Assembly (NCBI RefSeq): GCF_006345805.1
Contig: NC_042997.1
Span: forward strand, 27,156,001 to 27,220,000
Length of the DNA stretch: 64,000 nucleotides
Source of the DNA: Octopus sinensis
Lineage: Eukaryota
Reading direction: 5' to 3'
How positions within the stretch are numbered: position 1 is the stretch's first letter; each line of letters begins with the position of its first letter. This document shows positions 39,131 through 52,729 of the stretch, piece after piece. A model generated the notes under the pieces. It was not told the DNA's origin and did no database searches. It saw nothing but the letters and a program-made list of their open reading frames with translations. The position numbers and the translations under genes are program-made.

Positions 39131-39906
39131 ATGTCTGTGTGTTGCTCTTCTGATATTGTTATTATACCACTGGAAATACTAATCGAGACGACGGTGACGG
39201 TGGTATTGTCAGACAAACGCCATTTTAGATACGTCTGAAACATCGGAACATAAAACCAAATAATTCAAACAAATAATTCATATCAGATATTCACGTTTGC
39301 TTTTGTTGTTGTTGCCTTTAGCAAATGGTGGTGGTGGTGTTTGTTGTGGTAGTGGAGGCGGTGATAGTGATGGTGCTGGTGCGGTGTTATATTTGCTGGT
39401 GGTGTTGTTAGTATTTATATGTTTGCTCTAGTTGGTTATTTTGTATATATTTGTTGCTGTTCTTTGCAAGTTTTTTTTTTCTGCTTCCAGCTTTTTATTG
39501 TTGCTATGAGGGATTTATTGTTCCTCTTACATTTAAATACATTTGCCCACAATTAACGTATATTTTATACATTTTTCAATATTTATTTGATTAATAAGTA
39601 ATGCTTTTTTATGTAGATGCATATATATGCATAATTATACAACCAGATGTATATATATTTATATATGCGTGCAATACACATATGTATAAATATATGTGTG
39701 AATATATACATATACATATATATATATATATACATCTACATATATATGTATATGTACAAATATATGTGTATATATATATACATATATATGTATGTATATA
39801 TGTGTATATGCATGTATATATGGTGTATATGTGTATATATATATATATATTATGTATATATATGTAAGTATATATTCATATATATATATATATATATATA
39901 TATTAT

Positions 39907-39940
<34 letters not shown>

Positions 39941-40156
39941 GTATATACATGCATGTATATATATAAGGAGAAAGAAGAAAAAGAGAAGGAAAGAGAGAAA
40001 GGAGGCAGAGAGAAATGAGAAAGAAAAAAACAGAAAGGAGGAAGTGAGAGGTGCAGGGGTAGAAATAACTAGACAAAATCATCATCTGCGTGTCTGTGTA
40101 TGCATACATCCACGTGTCTGCTAATCAGTAATTCATAAATGAATGCATGAAAACAC

Positions 40157-40210
<54 letters not shown>

Positions 40211-40347
40211 ATATTATATATATATAATATATATATATGTATGTATGAGTGTATTTATGTATGTATGTGCATATATATAGATATATTATATATATATATA
40301 TATATAATATAGATATATTATGAGAAAATGCTAGTTCTTTGCAAAAA

Positions 40348-40381
<34 letters not shown>

Positions 40382-41781
40382 TTTGCGAAGAATCCATTTT
40401 CCCTGTTTGTGTGTATTTATAATGAATAATAGATATTATACGGCAATATTTGTTGTTCCGTTTATAAAGTTGTCCAAATTCAAAAGCTTTTAATTCCCTG
40501 GCGAGTTACTTGACAACGGATGCACTCAATGCTGTCCGGATTCCTTTGCCATTCACTGGATGTTTTCTATGGTTAAATAAAAACAGTTTTCGATATTCGT
40601 CAATAATCAATGGTACAAAAATATTCGAATATCACCATTTCGGAATTCATTATTTTTCTTGCTTTCCGCACAAGCCGTTATATTAATTGCAACTGTTATA
40701 TAGTTTTTAAGCTGATGACCGTGTAAAATCTGTTTCAATCATATGGATCCATATGCTTATGTTGGGTTTGCCATAGTGTTAAAACTATTGGAGATATACT
40801 TTCATCTCCTGGACACGATGCAGTGTCTTTTTTGTCGAAGGAAAAATTGGACTCTTCATCAAAAACCAAGGAAACACTCCTGAAATCTAATCCTCGCAGG
40901 TGGCGCGTACAATGTGGTATACCATGTCTATTACTTACTTGCTTCGAGCTGTTATTCTTAATTCTCAGTCCAGCTCTGATCGCGTTGAGCTGTGGGAAAA
41001 TCAATTATGTCTTAGCTCTTCACAAAACTTTTGAAACCAGTACCTCTACGTATTTTCCCTTTAAGACGGCATAATACGATTCGAAGAAAATATGGTTTCC
41101 TCTTCCAAATGGTCTTTTGACATATTAAACTCTGGTAGACTAGATGTTTAAAAGTTAAGGTTAAAAAGATGGTTAAAAAGTCAAGGACTCCTTGCAGTAT
41201 CTACAGCAGGATTCCAATTGGTATTCTCTTAGTTAGATCCACGATAGCCTCTCAACTCAATAAGAGAAGCTCCCTGAAAAATGCACAAAAGTTATGCAAA
41301 ACAAGCTGTAATTCATGGAATGGTTTCTATAAAGTACACAGATATATGTGAGAAGAATTGGCTTAATCTCTGTTGATGTATTGCAATTATTCTTACTTAT
41401 GCATTCCATTTCAGACACCCGTCAGCTGATACAATGAATAGCATTTGTGAGAATATGATCGAGTCGGCTCGAAAGATTGCGAGAAACAGACGATAAATGC
41501 CTACATGGAGCCACAAACCACACTTTTAATAAGAAATAATACATTGGATAATATCCAAAATATATATAAAAAACAAACTAGTCATGGATTGAATGTTTTT
41601 TACTGCGCTGGTACATCATTAGTGTGGATTTTGCAGACGACCTCAAAGAGAGCAACAACATGTAAACGGGACTACCTACCTGCTTAATTTCACATTTAAA
41701 GGAATCATGGAGGTTTTGGAACCTATGAAATAGCAACAATGGGTATAAATTATGAAATTCATTTGCAAGTGGTATATATAT

Positions 41782-41816
<35 letters not shown>

Positions 41817-41897
41817 CATATATATATTTCAGTGGAATTTCTCAACTTCAAAACTGTTAATTCTTTCTCTCTCTCTTTCTTTCTCCCTCTCTCTCTG

Positions 41898-41928
<31 letters not shown>

Positions 41929-41964
41929 TGTATATATATGTAATATATATGTATATATATACAT

Positions 41965-42030
<66 letters not shown>

Positions 42031-42191
42031 TAATGTTTGTAGCCACTTCAACATGGCTGACCGTTTGAACGGACTTTACTGCTATTTTGTAACCCCAAGG
42101 GGACATCACTGGCTGGTTAACGATGCACAGTTGCATCTGAGATGGAGTGAACCCGAGGGAAACGAACCCGTACCACCTTCTAACGACTGTA

Positions 42192-42241
42192 CCAGCAGAC
42201 CAGCCTGGTTTCGGGCTATTTCTGCCTCTCTTCAGTAATGG
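42192..42241 (-). ncRNA. Type-I hammerhead ribozyme, canonical core
   Basis: ccatta-CTGAAGA-g(a)ggc agaaata gccc-GAAA-ccaggctgGTC-tgctgg. Helix III ACCAG-G-CTGGT is self-complementary. Helix I is 5 of 6 paired. Predicted cut at 42198/42197. Confidence 0.68.
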
Positions 42242-42448
42242 ACACCTGGTCTACTAGAGACTGCCGTAGCTCGCTTCTGCTCGCAATATATATAATCTCA
42301 AGTGACTTACATTCACTGATTTTGCAACAACCAAAAGGCTTAGTTCTAAAATATCTCTAAGAGATCAACGCAGTAGTTGTACTAACAAGTAAATTCCGTT
42401 CGAACGGAGAGCCACAAACGTGACTTGTTCGCACAGTTATTGCGTTGG

Positions 42449-42523
<75 letters not shown>

Positions 42524-42657
42524 TGAATGATAGATAGATAGACAGACAGACAGACAGATAGATAGATAGATACATACATACATACATACATACATACATA
42601 CGTACATACGTACATACATACATACATACATACATACATACATACATACATACATAC
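42449..42657. repeat. (GATA)n/(GACA)n/(CATA)n compound microsatellite
   Basis: Directly visible. Confidence 0.95.
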
Positions 42658-43277
42658 AAAAAGACATTATAAATATATAGGAATAGAGAAAGCTAGAGGG
42701 ACAGAAAGAACGAGAGACACGAAGGGAGAGAGGAGCGGGTGTTCAAAAGGCATGAGAGAAACGATATAGATTATAATGTAAGAAAAAACAGATAAGCAAT
42801 GCATGAAATTAGACGGGGATTTAATGTTTCGGTTTCTGTTCCTCATCAAATAATGGTAAATATATTAAGAGGAGGCGAAAAAAAGAACTAAGCGCGATAG
42901 CAAATTTTTTACCTATGCATACTTTATAGATATGGTATAAAAAGGACAACAAACAGTGATATTTAGGTACGAAAACTTGGGTGATTGTGTGAGTGCATAA
43001 GGAGTGAGCATGCCAAACTAAAAAGATACAAGAGAGAAGAGCGAAGAGAGAACAATTAAGAGAGCGAATGTGGCAAGGAGAGTGATAATGTGAGAGCAGA
43101 TAGAAGAAAGGCTGGAACGAGTAAGGTAGCATATACATATCGGTACATAATCTTTATACTATTTAAAAGTGTAATACCTTATGCATGTCCTTATAACAAT
43201 TAATATTTGCCAGTGCATATATAAAACGTGCACTTCTGTGTGTATGATTTATTCTTTCTTCTATGAGTATGCTAAGT

Positions 43278-43670
43278 AAATGGATGGAAGCACTCCGTCG
43301 GTTACGACGATGAGGGTTCCGGTTGATCCGAATCAACGGAACAGCCTGCTCGTGAAATTAACGTGTAAGTGGCTGAGCACTCCACGGACACGTGCACCCT
43401 TAACGTAGTTCTCGGGGATATTCAGCGTGACACAGAGAGTGACAAGGCCGGCCCTTTGAAATACAGGTACAACAGAAACAGGAAGTAAGAGTGAGAGAAA
43501 GTTGTGGTGAAAGAGTACAGCAGGGATCACCACCATCCCCTGCCGGAGCCTCGTGGAGCTTTAAGGTGTTTTCGCTCAATAAACACTCACAACACCCGGT
43601 CTGGGAATCGAAACCGCGATCCTATAACCGCGAGTCCGCTGCCCTAACCACTGGGCCATGGCGCCTCCAC
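43278..43670 (-). mobile_element. SINE A1
   Basis: Full length; 9-bp TSD atgctaagt at 43269-43277 and 43671-43679. Confidence 0.9.
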
Positions 43671-43817
43671 ATGCTAAGTTAATAGTCTATCTATGAAAAA
43701 GTCTGTGTAATTGCATATATGTGTGAATATGGCATTATGAATACGCAAGTGCTTCCATACAGTTAGTAATTATGCCTATGTGTATGAGCGTGAATTCCAG
43801 CTTATGTGGATTACTGT

Positions 43818-44449
43818 ATACCTATTTCTTTACTACCCACAAGGGGCTAAACGTAGAGGGGACAAACAAGAACAGACATAGGTATTAAGTCAATTACATC
43901 GACCCCAGTGCGTAACTGATACTTAATATATCGACCCCGAAAGGATGAAAAGTAAAGTCGACCTCGGCGGAATTTGAACTCACAACGTAACGGCAGACGA
44001 AATACCGCTAAGCATTTCGCTCGCCGCCTTGGATTAGTGTATGCCTATTTCTTACTATCCACAAGGGGCCAAACAAGGTCAGACAAACGGATTAAGTCGA
44101 CGGATTACATCGACCCCAGTGTGTAACTGGTACTTAATTTATCGACCCCGGAAGGATGAAAGGCAAAGTCGACCTCGCCGGAATTTGATCTCACAACGTA
44201 GCGGCAGACGAAATACCTATTTCTTTACTACCCACAAGGGGCTAAACACAGAGAGGACAAACAAGGACAGACGAACGAATTAAGTTGATTACATCGACCC
44301 CAGTGCGTAACTGGTACCTATTTAATCGACCCCGGAAGGATAAAAGGCAAAGTCGACCTCGCCGGAATTTGAACTCACAACGTAACGACAGACGAAATAC
44401 CGCTAAGCATTTCGCCCGGTGTGCTAACGTTTCTGCCTGCTCGCCGCCT
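43818..44449 (-). mobile_element. SINE C head-to-tail trimer
   Basis: Three units. Junction gacgaaatac|ctatttc at 44216/44217. Flank-like gatta(c/g)tgtat appears at ~43808, ~44031 and ~44452. Confidence 0.85.
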
Positions 44450-44764
44450 TCGATTAGTGTATACCGTTTGGGAGGAAGGCGTGATATCATGGATGGCGTA
44501 TAGTGTGGATGACTAGATCGCAGTGTAAGAGAGCAGTTATGTAAATGAGATCGCATAGTGTTAGACGTCTCTCAAGGAATGGAATATCTGAGACAGAAGA
44601 TGAGGCGTTAGTCTTTGTCATATGGTGAAGTGCCGGACTTGTAGTGTGAAGTAACACCGCACGCAGAAACACAAAAATATGCATGAACAAACTGTGTCAG
44701 TAACACCGCATACATTTCTATTTACACATTTTCATTACACATGTTCTGCGAATGTGTGTGCAGA

Positions 44765-44803
<39 letters not shown>

Positions 44804-44964
44804 GTATCGAGATTCGTTTGAATAACGTACTTAAAGATAAGGAACCGGGTTAGGTCAGAATAAAATGCAAACAGTAATTATAGACGAATACGATCGGTTA
44901 TGAAGTACTGACAGAAGGATATTCAGGTTATGTATGTATAATGAATTGAACCCAACTGTGTTTG

Positions 44965-45026
<62 letters not shown>

Positions 45027-45218
45027 AGGTGAATGAATTATCCTAGTATGGATAATTCGGTTAACCGATACCTGGGTAGAAAATTCACGTCAGAAAACAC
45101 AGTTAAAGCTATATGCCAAGGGCAGGGATCCCGTGTACTCGTGTGTAAATTTGTGTTTTTTTAACTATGAATAAAAGAAAGAATGGTGTCGAACGACGAT
45201 TTTAACAAAATTCCTTTA

Positions 45219-45301
45219 CTCTCGACACATGTTTCGAAGGCTGCATATTCCTAATTCCGAAGGAAAAAAGGGTGCATTATGCCGCCATCTCATCAGGAAA
45301 G
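45219..45301 (-). ncRNA. Type-I hammerhead ribozyme with canonical core and extended helix II
   Basis: ctttc-CTGATGA-gatggcggcata..(30 nt with inner ttcct/aggaa hairpin)..tatgcagccttc-GAAA-catgtGTC-gagag. Helix I 5 bp, helix II 10 of 12 bp, helix III ACATGTGT self-complementary. Predicted cut at 45224/45223. Confidence 0.75.
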
Positions 45302-45570
45302 ACAAGGAACTTATGTCAGCACCATGAAGAGCAAAAACTTTTAGATGACTGTATATATATATATAGGGAGAGTTTACAAAAAAAAAAAACAAAAGACAAA
45401 GACAGGTGGTGTACAAAACAAACAGATGTATTAGTATAACGCTCAGGAATAGAAAACGTATTTTACGTTTCGAGCCTACGTTCTTCTACAGAAAGGGACA
45501 CAGAAAAAAACAAGGATAGAAAAAAAGTATAGAAAAAATGTGTGTAGTGGCTAACAATCTATCATGGCGT

Positions 45571-45708
<138 letters not shown>

Positions 45709-46614
45709 CACATATATATATATTTCAGCTCTTATTTCAGACAATGTGGGTATTTCTTAACATTCTAATCACATTTAGTGAGATTTCATTGTCTGAAATA
45801 AGAGCTGAAATGGTTTAATGCTGTAGTTCGTGCACGTGAATGAAATCATATACACCAACAGGGACCTGGATTGTCCGAAAAGTACCGATCGAGAATTCTC
45901 AATATTGACGTTAGTATTTCCATGGCCTGTGATTACGCATCGAGGTGCTCTAAACCTGCAAGCTAAACCACCCACAACACACATTCTTCTGCAAATTTAA
46001 GATATATAGAAATCTCGCTTTATGAGACGCTATCATACGTTAAATTCAAATTACGATGAACGTAAACAATCAAACGAAGTTTGCTTTAGAAGCGTTGAGG
46101 TGTCTTAGAAGAATGAAGTGCTGTGTACATACTTTTCTATGATCAGAATAATAAACTTGGGGGAAATTTATAAAACAATTATCAAGATACGTGACGGATA
46201 AGACAGGAGTGACTGGTTGATTTTGAGTGAACCGACTAAATCACCAACGCCATTGCTGCGCGAGTTCCTGATAATGATCATGAGGATGATGATGACGACG
46301 ACGACGACGACTATCTTGTCGAATAGGGTGACAGAGAACGAATAATAGAAGCGATTTCAAATTTTGGCACAAGGTCTTATGTTATCCACCCTAAGTGATT
46401 AAAGGCCATGTCGATCTCAGCGGAATATGATATTTAATGAAGGAATAGTTGATTATATATACATACATATATATGCATACATACACACACATACACACAC
46501 GCACACACATATATGTGTGTGTATAAAGAGTAAGAGTTTTATATGTATGTGTGTGTAGGGAGAGAGAGTGAGAGAGAGAGATTTTGAAGTGATGTACAGA
46601 TATTGTGTATTCTT

Positions 46615-46800
46615 TTCTACTCTAGGCACAAGGACCGAAATTTGGGGGGAGGGGGCCGGTCGATTAGATTGACCCCAGTAGGCAAATGGTATTTAATTTA
46701 TCGACTCTGAAATCGACCTTGGCGGAATTTGAATTCATAACGTAAAGACAGACGAAATACTGCTATGCATTTCGTCCGGTGTGCTAACGTTTCTGCCACC
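46615..46800 (-). mobile_element. Diverged SINE C
   Basis: cggtcgattagattgaccccagt..atcgaccttggcggaatttgaa..gctaacgtttctgcc. Confidence 0.7.
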
Positions 46801-47845
46801 GCTTTCTTCCGTTATCGGATTTATCAAAAAAAGTGGTTTACAGTAAGTTTGCTTCGCCTTTTTATATGAAATTGAAACTGATGATGATTTCGAAAGGGAG
46901 GGAGAGAGAGAGAGAGACAGGGAGGGGAGAGAAGGGTAACAAATTAGAGAGGAAGGTGCAGGGGTGAGAGAGGAGGAGAGTGTGGGAGATAGTGAAGATA
47001 GAGAAAAGAAAGGAGTGTGTTTGGGGATTTTATTCTTGGTTTTTGGTAGGGTGGGGGAGGGTTGCGAATGAAGGAAAAAGAAAGAAGAAAAGCTTGAGAA
47101 GGAGGAAGGGTAAAGGAGGCGTGGCTTTTGCCTAGTGTGATCTGACTTGTTTCATTAAAGTTCAAAAACTTAATTTTTTTCCACTTCTTGACCTTTTGGG
47201 TGAGGAGGAGAAAAGGAACTATTGTAATCAAATGGGCAAAGTTTTTAATTGGAAAACCAGATGTTGTTTCTGGTTTTCTCCAGTACGAAATATAATTACC
47301 TTTCAAGGTCAAATCCTTAATTATTAAAACTCCAGATTGTTTTGATTTAGCCGTTTATGGCTATGTTTTTGAAAGAATCAATTTTAAGTTAAGTATAGTT
47401 ATGATTTTAAATACTATCTGAAAAAAAGGTTAAGTTTGGGAAAGTGTTTCTCAATATTAAATATGATCTGAATTTCTTTCAACAAACCATAAATATGATA
47501 TGATTCTAAAAAAAATGCGGGGAGCGGGGAAACCTAAATGTCAATGAAAATATACATTTCTTAACTGGATATATTCACAGTTATGAAAACAATCTAAATC
47601 AAAGGATCAGAATCTGCAAATCATAAGGAATCATAAATATATCCTGAATAGGGGGTGGGGAAAGAAGATGGAATGTCCATGGAAATACACCTTCTACCCA
47701 CTGATGATTGGTTTCGTACAGGTTATATTTGGAGGGGGCCAAACATAGGTATTTTAGAATTCGTATTACTTCTTCCCTGTCATATTTTCCTGAAATGTGG
47801 GTGGGTATATTATCTTAATATATATATTAAGATACTATACCCAAC

Positions 47846-47897
47846 CAACATCACTGGAAAATATGATTGGGTAGAAGTAATACAAATACTAATATAT
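47846..47897 (+). repeat. 52-bp direct repeat, second copy at 49399-49450
   Basis: caacatcactggaaaatatgattgggtagaagtaatac(a/g)aatactaatatat; one mismatch between copies. Confidence 0.85.
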
Positions 47898-47960
47898 CCA
47901 TGTTTCGCCCCCCCTCCAAATATAACCTGTATGAAACCAATCATTCCTGGGAGAAGGTAT

Positions 47961-48015
<55 letters not shown>

Positions 48016-48116
48016 CATATACATATTTATATGTGTGTTTGTGTGTGCGTGTCTGTATATTTTATTTCTGGATTTGGTTTGCAAGATTCTTTATGTGAGT
48101 TCGTGTGTTGAAACAT

Positions 48117-48391
<275 letters not shown>

Positions 48392-48899
48392 TATATATAT
48401 ATAACTCATATATGTATATAAATATATGTGTGTATATGTGATTGTGTGTGGTGTATCTAGCTAGGTGTGTATATATATATGTATATGTTTACAATTGAGC
48501 AGTTGGTCGAATGCTACTAAATAATAGTAAGGAATGAGTTTGAGAGAATAGGCAAATTGGAGACTGAATGGACAGCTGCATTTCTTTAACGGCATATATT
48601 ACATTTCGGAGACAAGGAGACGACCATATATCACACAATGTATTCTTCTAGCAGTCGCTGTACATACATGGAATATAGATATTCATTTTATAATATAGTT
48701 AGTAGAAAAAACTCTGATTAACTGAGATTATTTTTGCAGCCAGTAGAGGAAGCCTTCTTCTAGGGTTGATTAAAATCTGAATACAAGCAAGACTAACAGC
48801 ATGAACAATCTCAGATAATATTTATCACCTCAACGTATGAGAAATATATACATGATTTTGCGATATTATATTGAAAAAATATAATCATTCTGATACTTG

Positions 48900-49620
<721 letters not shown>

Positions 49621-50407
49621 ATAGATATATGCCACGCAGGCACATAAACACATAAATTTATCTTTCCATGCCGTTCTCACAGCTTATTTCTCTTTGCCTC
49701 TCTGATCTACTGCTCACTTTTATTCTATGTTATATATAAAATGTTTCAATCTAGTGATTCACTGTGAGTTCATATGAGTGACATACGTCATAAAACCGTT
49801 CACCCTGGAAGATTATTAGTTATATATGAAAGCCGCTCACAACTTAAAGGTCTTCATTTTTATTTGAGATTTCTCTGACGAAAACGCTGTCTCATAATCA
49901 AACAACTAAAATTATGCATTTCATTTACTGAGCAGGAGATCACATTCAACGGTTTGAAAATATGCAAGTACTCTATTTGTAGTTTTGCGTTATGAATATT
50001 TCTAATAAAACTTTCCTCTTGTGCATCGTTGTGTCTTCACAAACGTTCAATCGTCTCACCTAAAGTCTGTTAAGAATTAATTAGGTACGTGACCTTTTAC
50101 GTTCTGTATCATCAACTGGCCTACATATATATATATATGATAAAATGGATGTGTGTGTGTGTGTGTGTGCCTTTGTGTATGAGTGTGTGCGTGTGTCTCT
50201 CTCTCTCTGTCTGTGTCTGTCTGTCTGTGTTTGTCCGCCCAGAGAAAGAAAAACTACAGCGTGGATATAAAAGCCAAGAGCTAATTCTGGTGTAAAATTT
50301 CACGATGAAGACAATGGAAGTGGCCCTTTTCTAACATGTACAAAATGGCATTTCAAAAATAAATGAAGGATCTAAAGGATATAATTTTTATCGGATTAAC
50401 ATTCTAC

Positions 50408-51830
50408 TTTTTTTCATCAGTTTCAGCTCAAAGCTACAGTCATGCTGGGGCACCACTGTTTTGCTACACTGTTATTATTGAAAGCCTCCTCTGATACGTG
50501 GTATTTGGTGACCACAGGAGTTTGATGTCGCTGCCCGCATTGTGCCTCCTGGCGCGGGGTAGGTTCGTCTGAGACTCTCGACAGGAAGAGATCCAGTTTT
50601 GTTTTGAAAACTCCTACATTCACTTTGTATAGGTCCCCCAGTGTGGATCCTTGAAACCTTGGCTACTGCAGTAATTGTCCCGAAGCGCCACGGCATTCTT
50701 GGGATCTTTGGTACTGTGCAGTGGTGACCCGCTCTGGCCCTTGGGTAGCTTTCAATTTGACACAATCCCTTCTAGTATCTACTCCATGTATATTACTGTG
50801 TATTTCTCCTAACTTCGCTCCAGGTAGTAGAGTTTTAACTATTTCAGGCTTTCTCAGTAGCAGCGCTGTTGCAATGAGACGATATTCTTTGTGAAACTTC
50901 GCTGGATTGCTTCAAGGTCAGCTGTGCACTTAGAAAGAGGTATCATCACTGATATCGATACCCAGGTAACGCACGGATTTAGTTTAAGGGATTGTAATCC
51001 CTCCTGAGCCAGTACCTGTTCAGTTTTGAGTGCAGGTAACGCAGGGCCTGGAATTTTCCAGCATTAAACTGTATATTATTGTCCTCAGCTCATCTTTAAA
51101 TTGCATCTAAGTCCTGCTGCAGGCGCGCACCATTGTTAAGGTTTTGTATTTTCTGCGAGATCGTATCGTCTGCGTTGCTAGCAAGAGTGGCTATCAGGGC
51201 AGCTAAGGGCATATCTGAGAGAGCTATTATGAAAAGCAGTAGTCCCAAGACATTCCCCCGTGGAACACCACTCATTATTCGTGTTACCCTTGAGGTGGCT
51301 CATTTGGCCGCCATTACCTGACCTCTATCTTTCAGAAAGTCATGTAACCACTCTCCAGTTTTTCCAGCTATACCAAAATCGTGCAGTTTGTGGTATATCA
51401 TACCATGATCGTCTTTATCAAAAGTTTTCGCAGAGTCAAGGTATATTATTCCACATTTGAGTTGTAGAGTGACTGCTTCAACACCCAGTCATAGTGCTGT
51501 ATGAATTGTGTCAAGCAGCTCCTACCTGGTCAAAAAACATGCTGGGTATCACTCAGCAAGTCGTTTTCTTCAAGGAATGTGATTAGCTTCCCTCTGACTA
51601 TTCGTTCCTTGACTTTGCTGATATGTGATGTCAGAGAGATGTGATAGGCCTATAACTTTTGGCATCTGCTCTGCTTCCCCCACTATGGATTGGGCATATT
51701 ATTCCCTCCTTCAGTTTGCTTGGCAGCTTGCCATTTGCAAGAAAACTCTTGAAGAGAATCTGTATTGGTTTTGCCAGAGCACGTTTGCACAATTTGGGGA
51801 GGATTGCTGGGAAACCAGATTAAACTAAAT
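50408..51830 (-). mobile_element. Decayed CR1-type LINE, RT and 3' end with short A tail
   Basis: FLEENDLLSDTQH..GRSCLTQ, DSAKTFDK, SGVPRGNVLGLLLFII, VRYLGI and VFKTKLDLFLSRVSDEP. 3' end ggtgccccagcatgactgtagc..ctgaaactgatgaaaaaaa. Confidence 0.8.
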
Positions 51831-52729
51831 TAAAAATAATAAAACTTACTTGGAAAAGGATGTGTGGCGTTCGATCATATAATAATATAAATAATATATA
51901 AATATATGCATATATACATGCATATATGTATATACCTACATATATATGTATATATGTACATATATGTATGTATATATGGATATATTTATATATTATTTAT
52001 ATTAAGAATAATAACCTACCTAAGGGACATAATTTTTATAGGTTTATTATATTTCAAAATACGGCGGGGAACTCTTCTGTAGGTATGTGATATGTGTAAT
52101 CTAACGACACAGATAATAACATGTGTGTGTGATGGGGTGTGTACAACTGCAATAAGCTCCATTACTTCATATTGCTATAAGTATTAGCTAAGTATTACTT
52201 TACATACGTTCTATATTTATATCTGTAGAAGATCACTTTTCTTTTTTTTTTGCTGCCTACCTTCACAATTGAAGCTGTTGAAGATCACTTTCATTTTATT
52301 CCCTGCATTTTAAGGCGGTGCTGTGGCATGGCCGCAGTCATACTACTGAAACAAATAAAAGAATAAATGTAAAAGAAAATTTTCAGAATAGAAACCGTAA
52401 CTTAGATTTCACACCAACATTTTCCCTTTGATTCACGTATTCCACATCAGAATTCATGAGGTGTCATTTGCCTATCTCACTTCAGCATATTTGTACAACT
52501 TTCCATTTGAAAATACACTTTTCCCCTAAACATAAGAAGAAAGAAATTCGATGGGGCACATTTCTGTAGGTGTGCCATATGTGTAATATAACGACACATA
52601 TAATAACATGCGTCGTTGTGTGTATGTGTGTGGGTGCTTGCGTGCGTGCGTGTGTGTCTGTGTGTCTTTGTATAACAGTGATAATCTCTATTACTTTATA
52701 CTGCTATAAGAAAAAGAGGAGCTGACGTT

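Noticed and set aside
38115-39243. Overlapping ORFs of 244-321 aa (MYVC/HTYI repeats)
   Set aside because: They are translations of a (TATG)n satellite that has no stops in several frames; there is no coding signature.
40735-41700. 89- and 83-aa ORFs and faint RT-like words (IPIG, HRYM, DFADDL)
   Set aside because: The motifs are too short, their spacing and clade are inconsistent, and no assignment can be supported without a profile search.
42815-42856. Additional hammerhead-like strings (ttgatga..gaaacat at ~42830; ctgaaga..gaag at ~55950 and ~18330)
   Set aside because: Helix I or III is unpaired or GAAA is missing; the 18330 string lies inside RT coding sequence.
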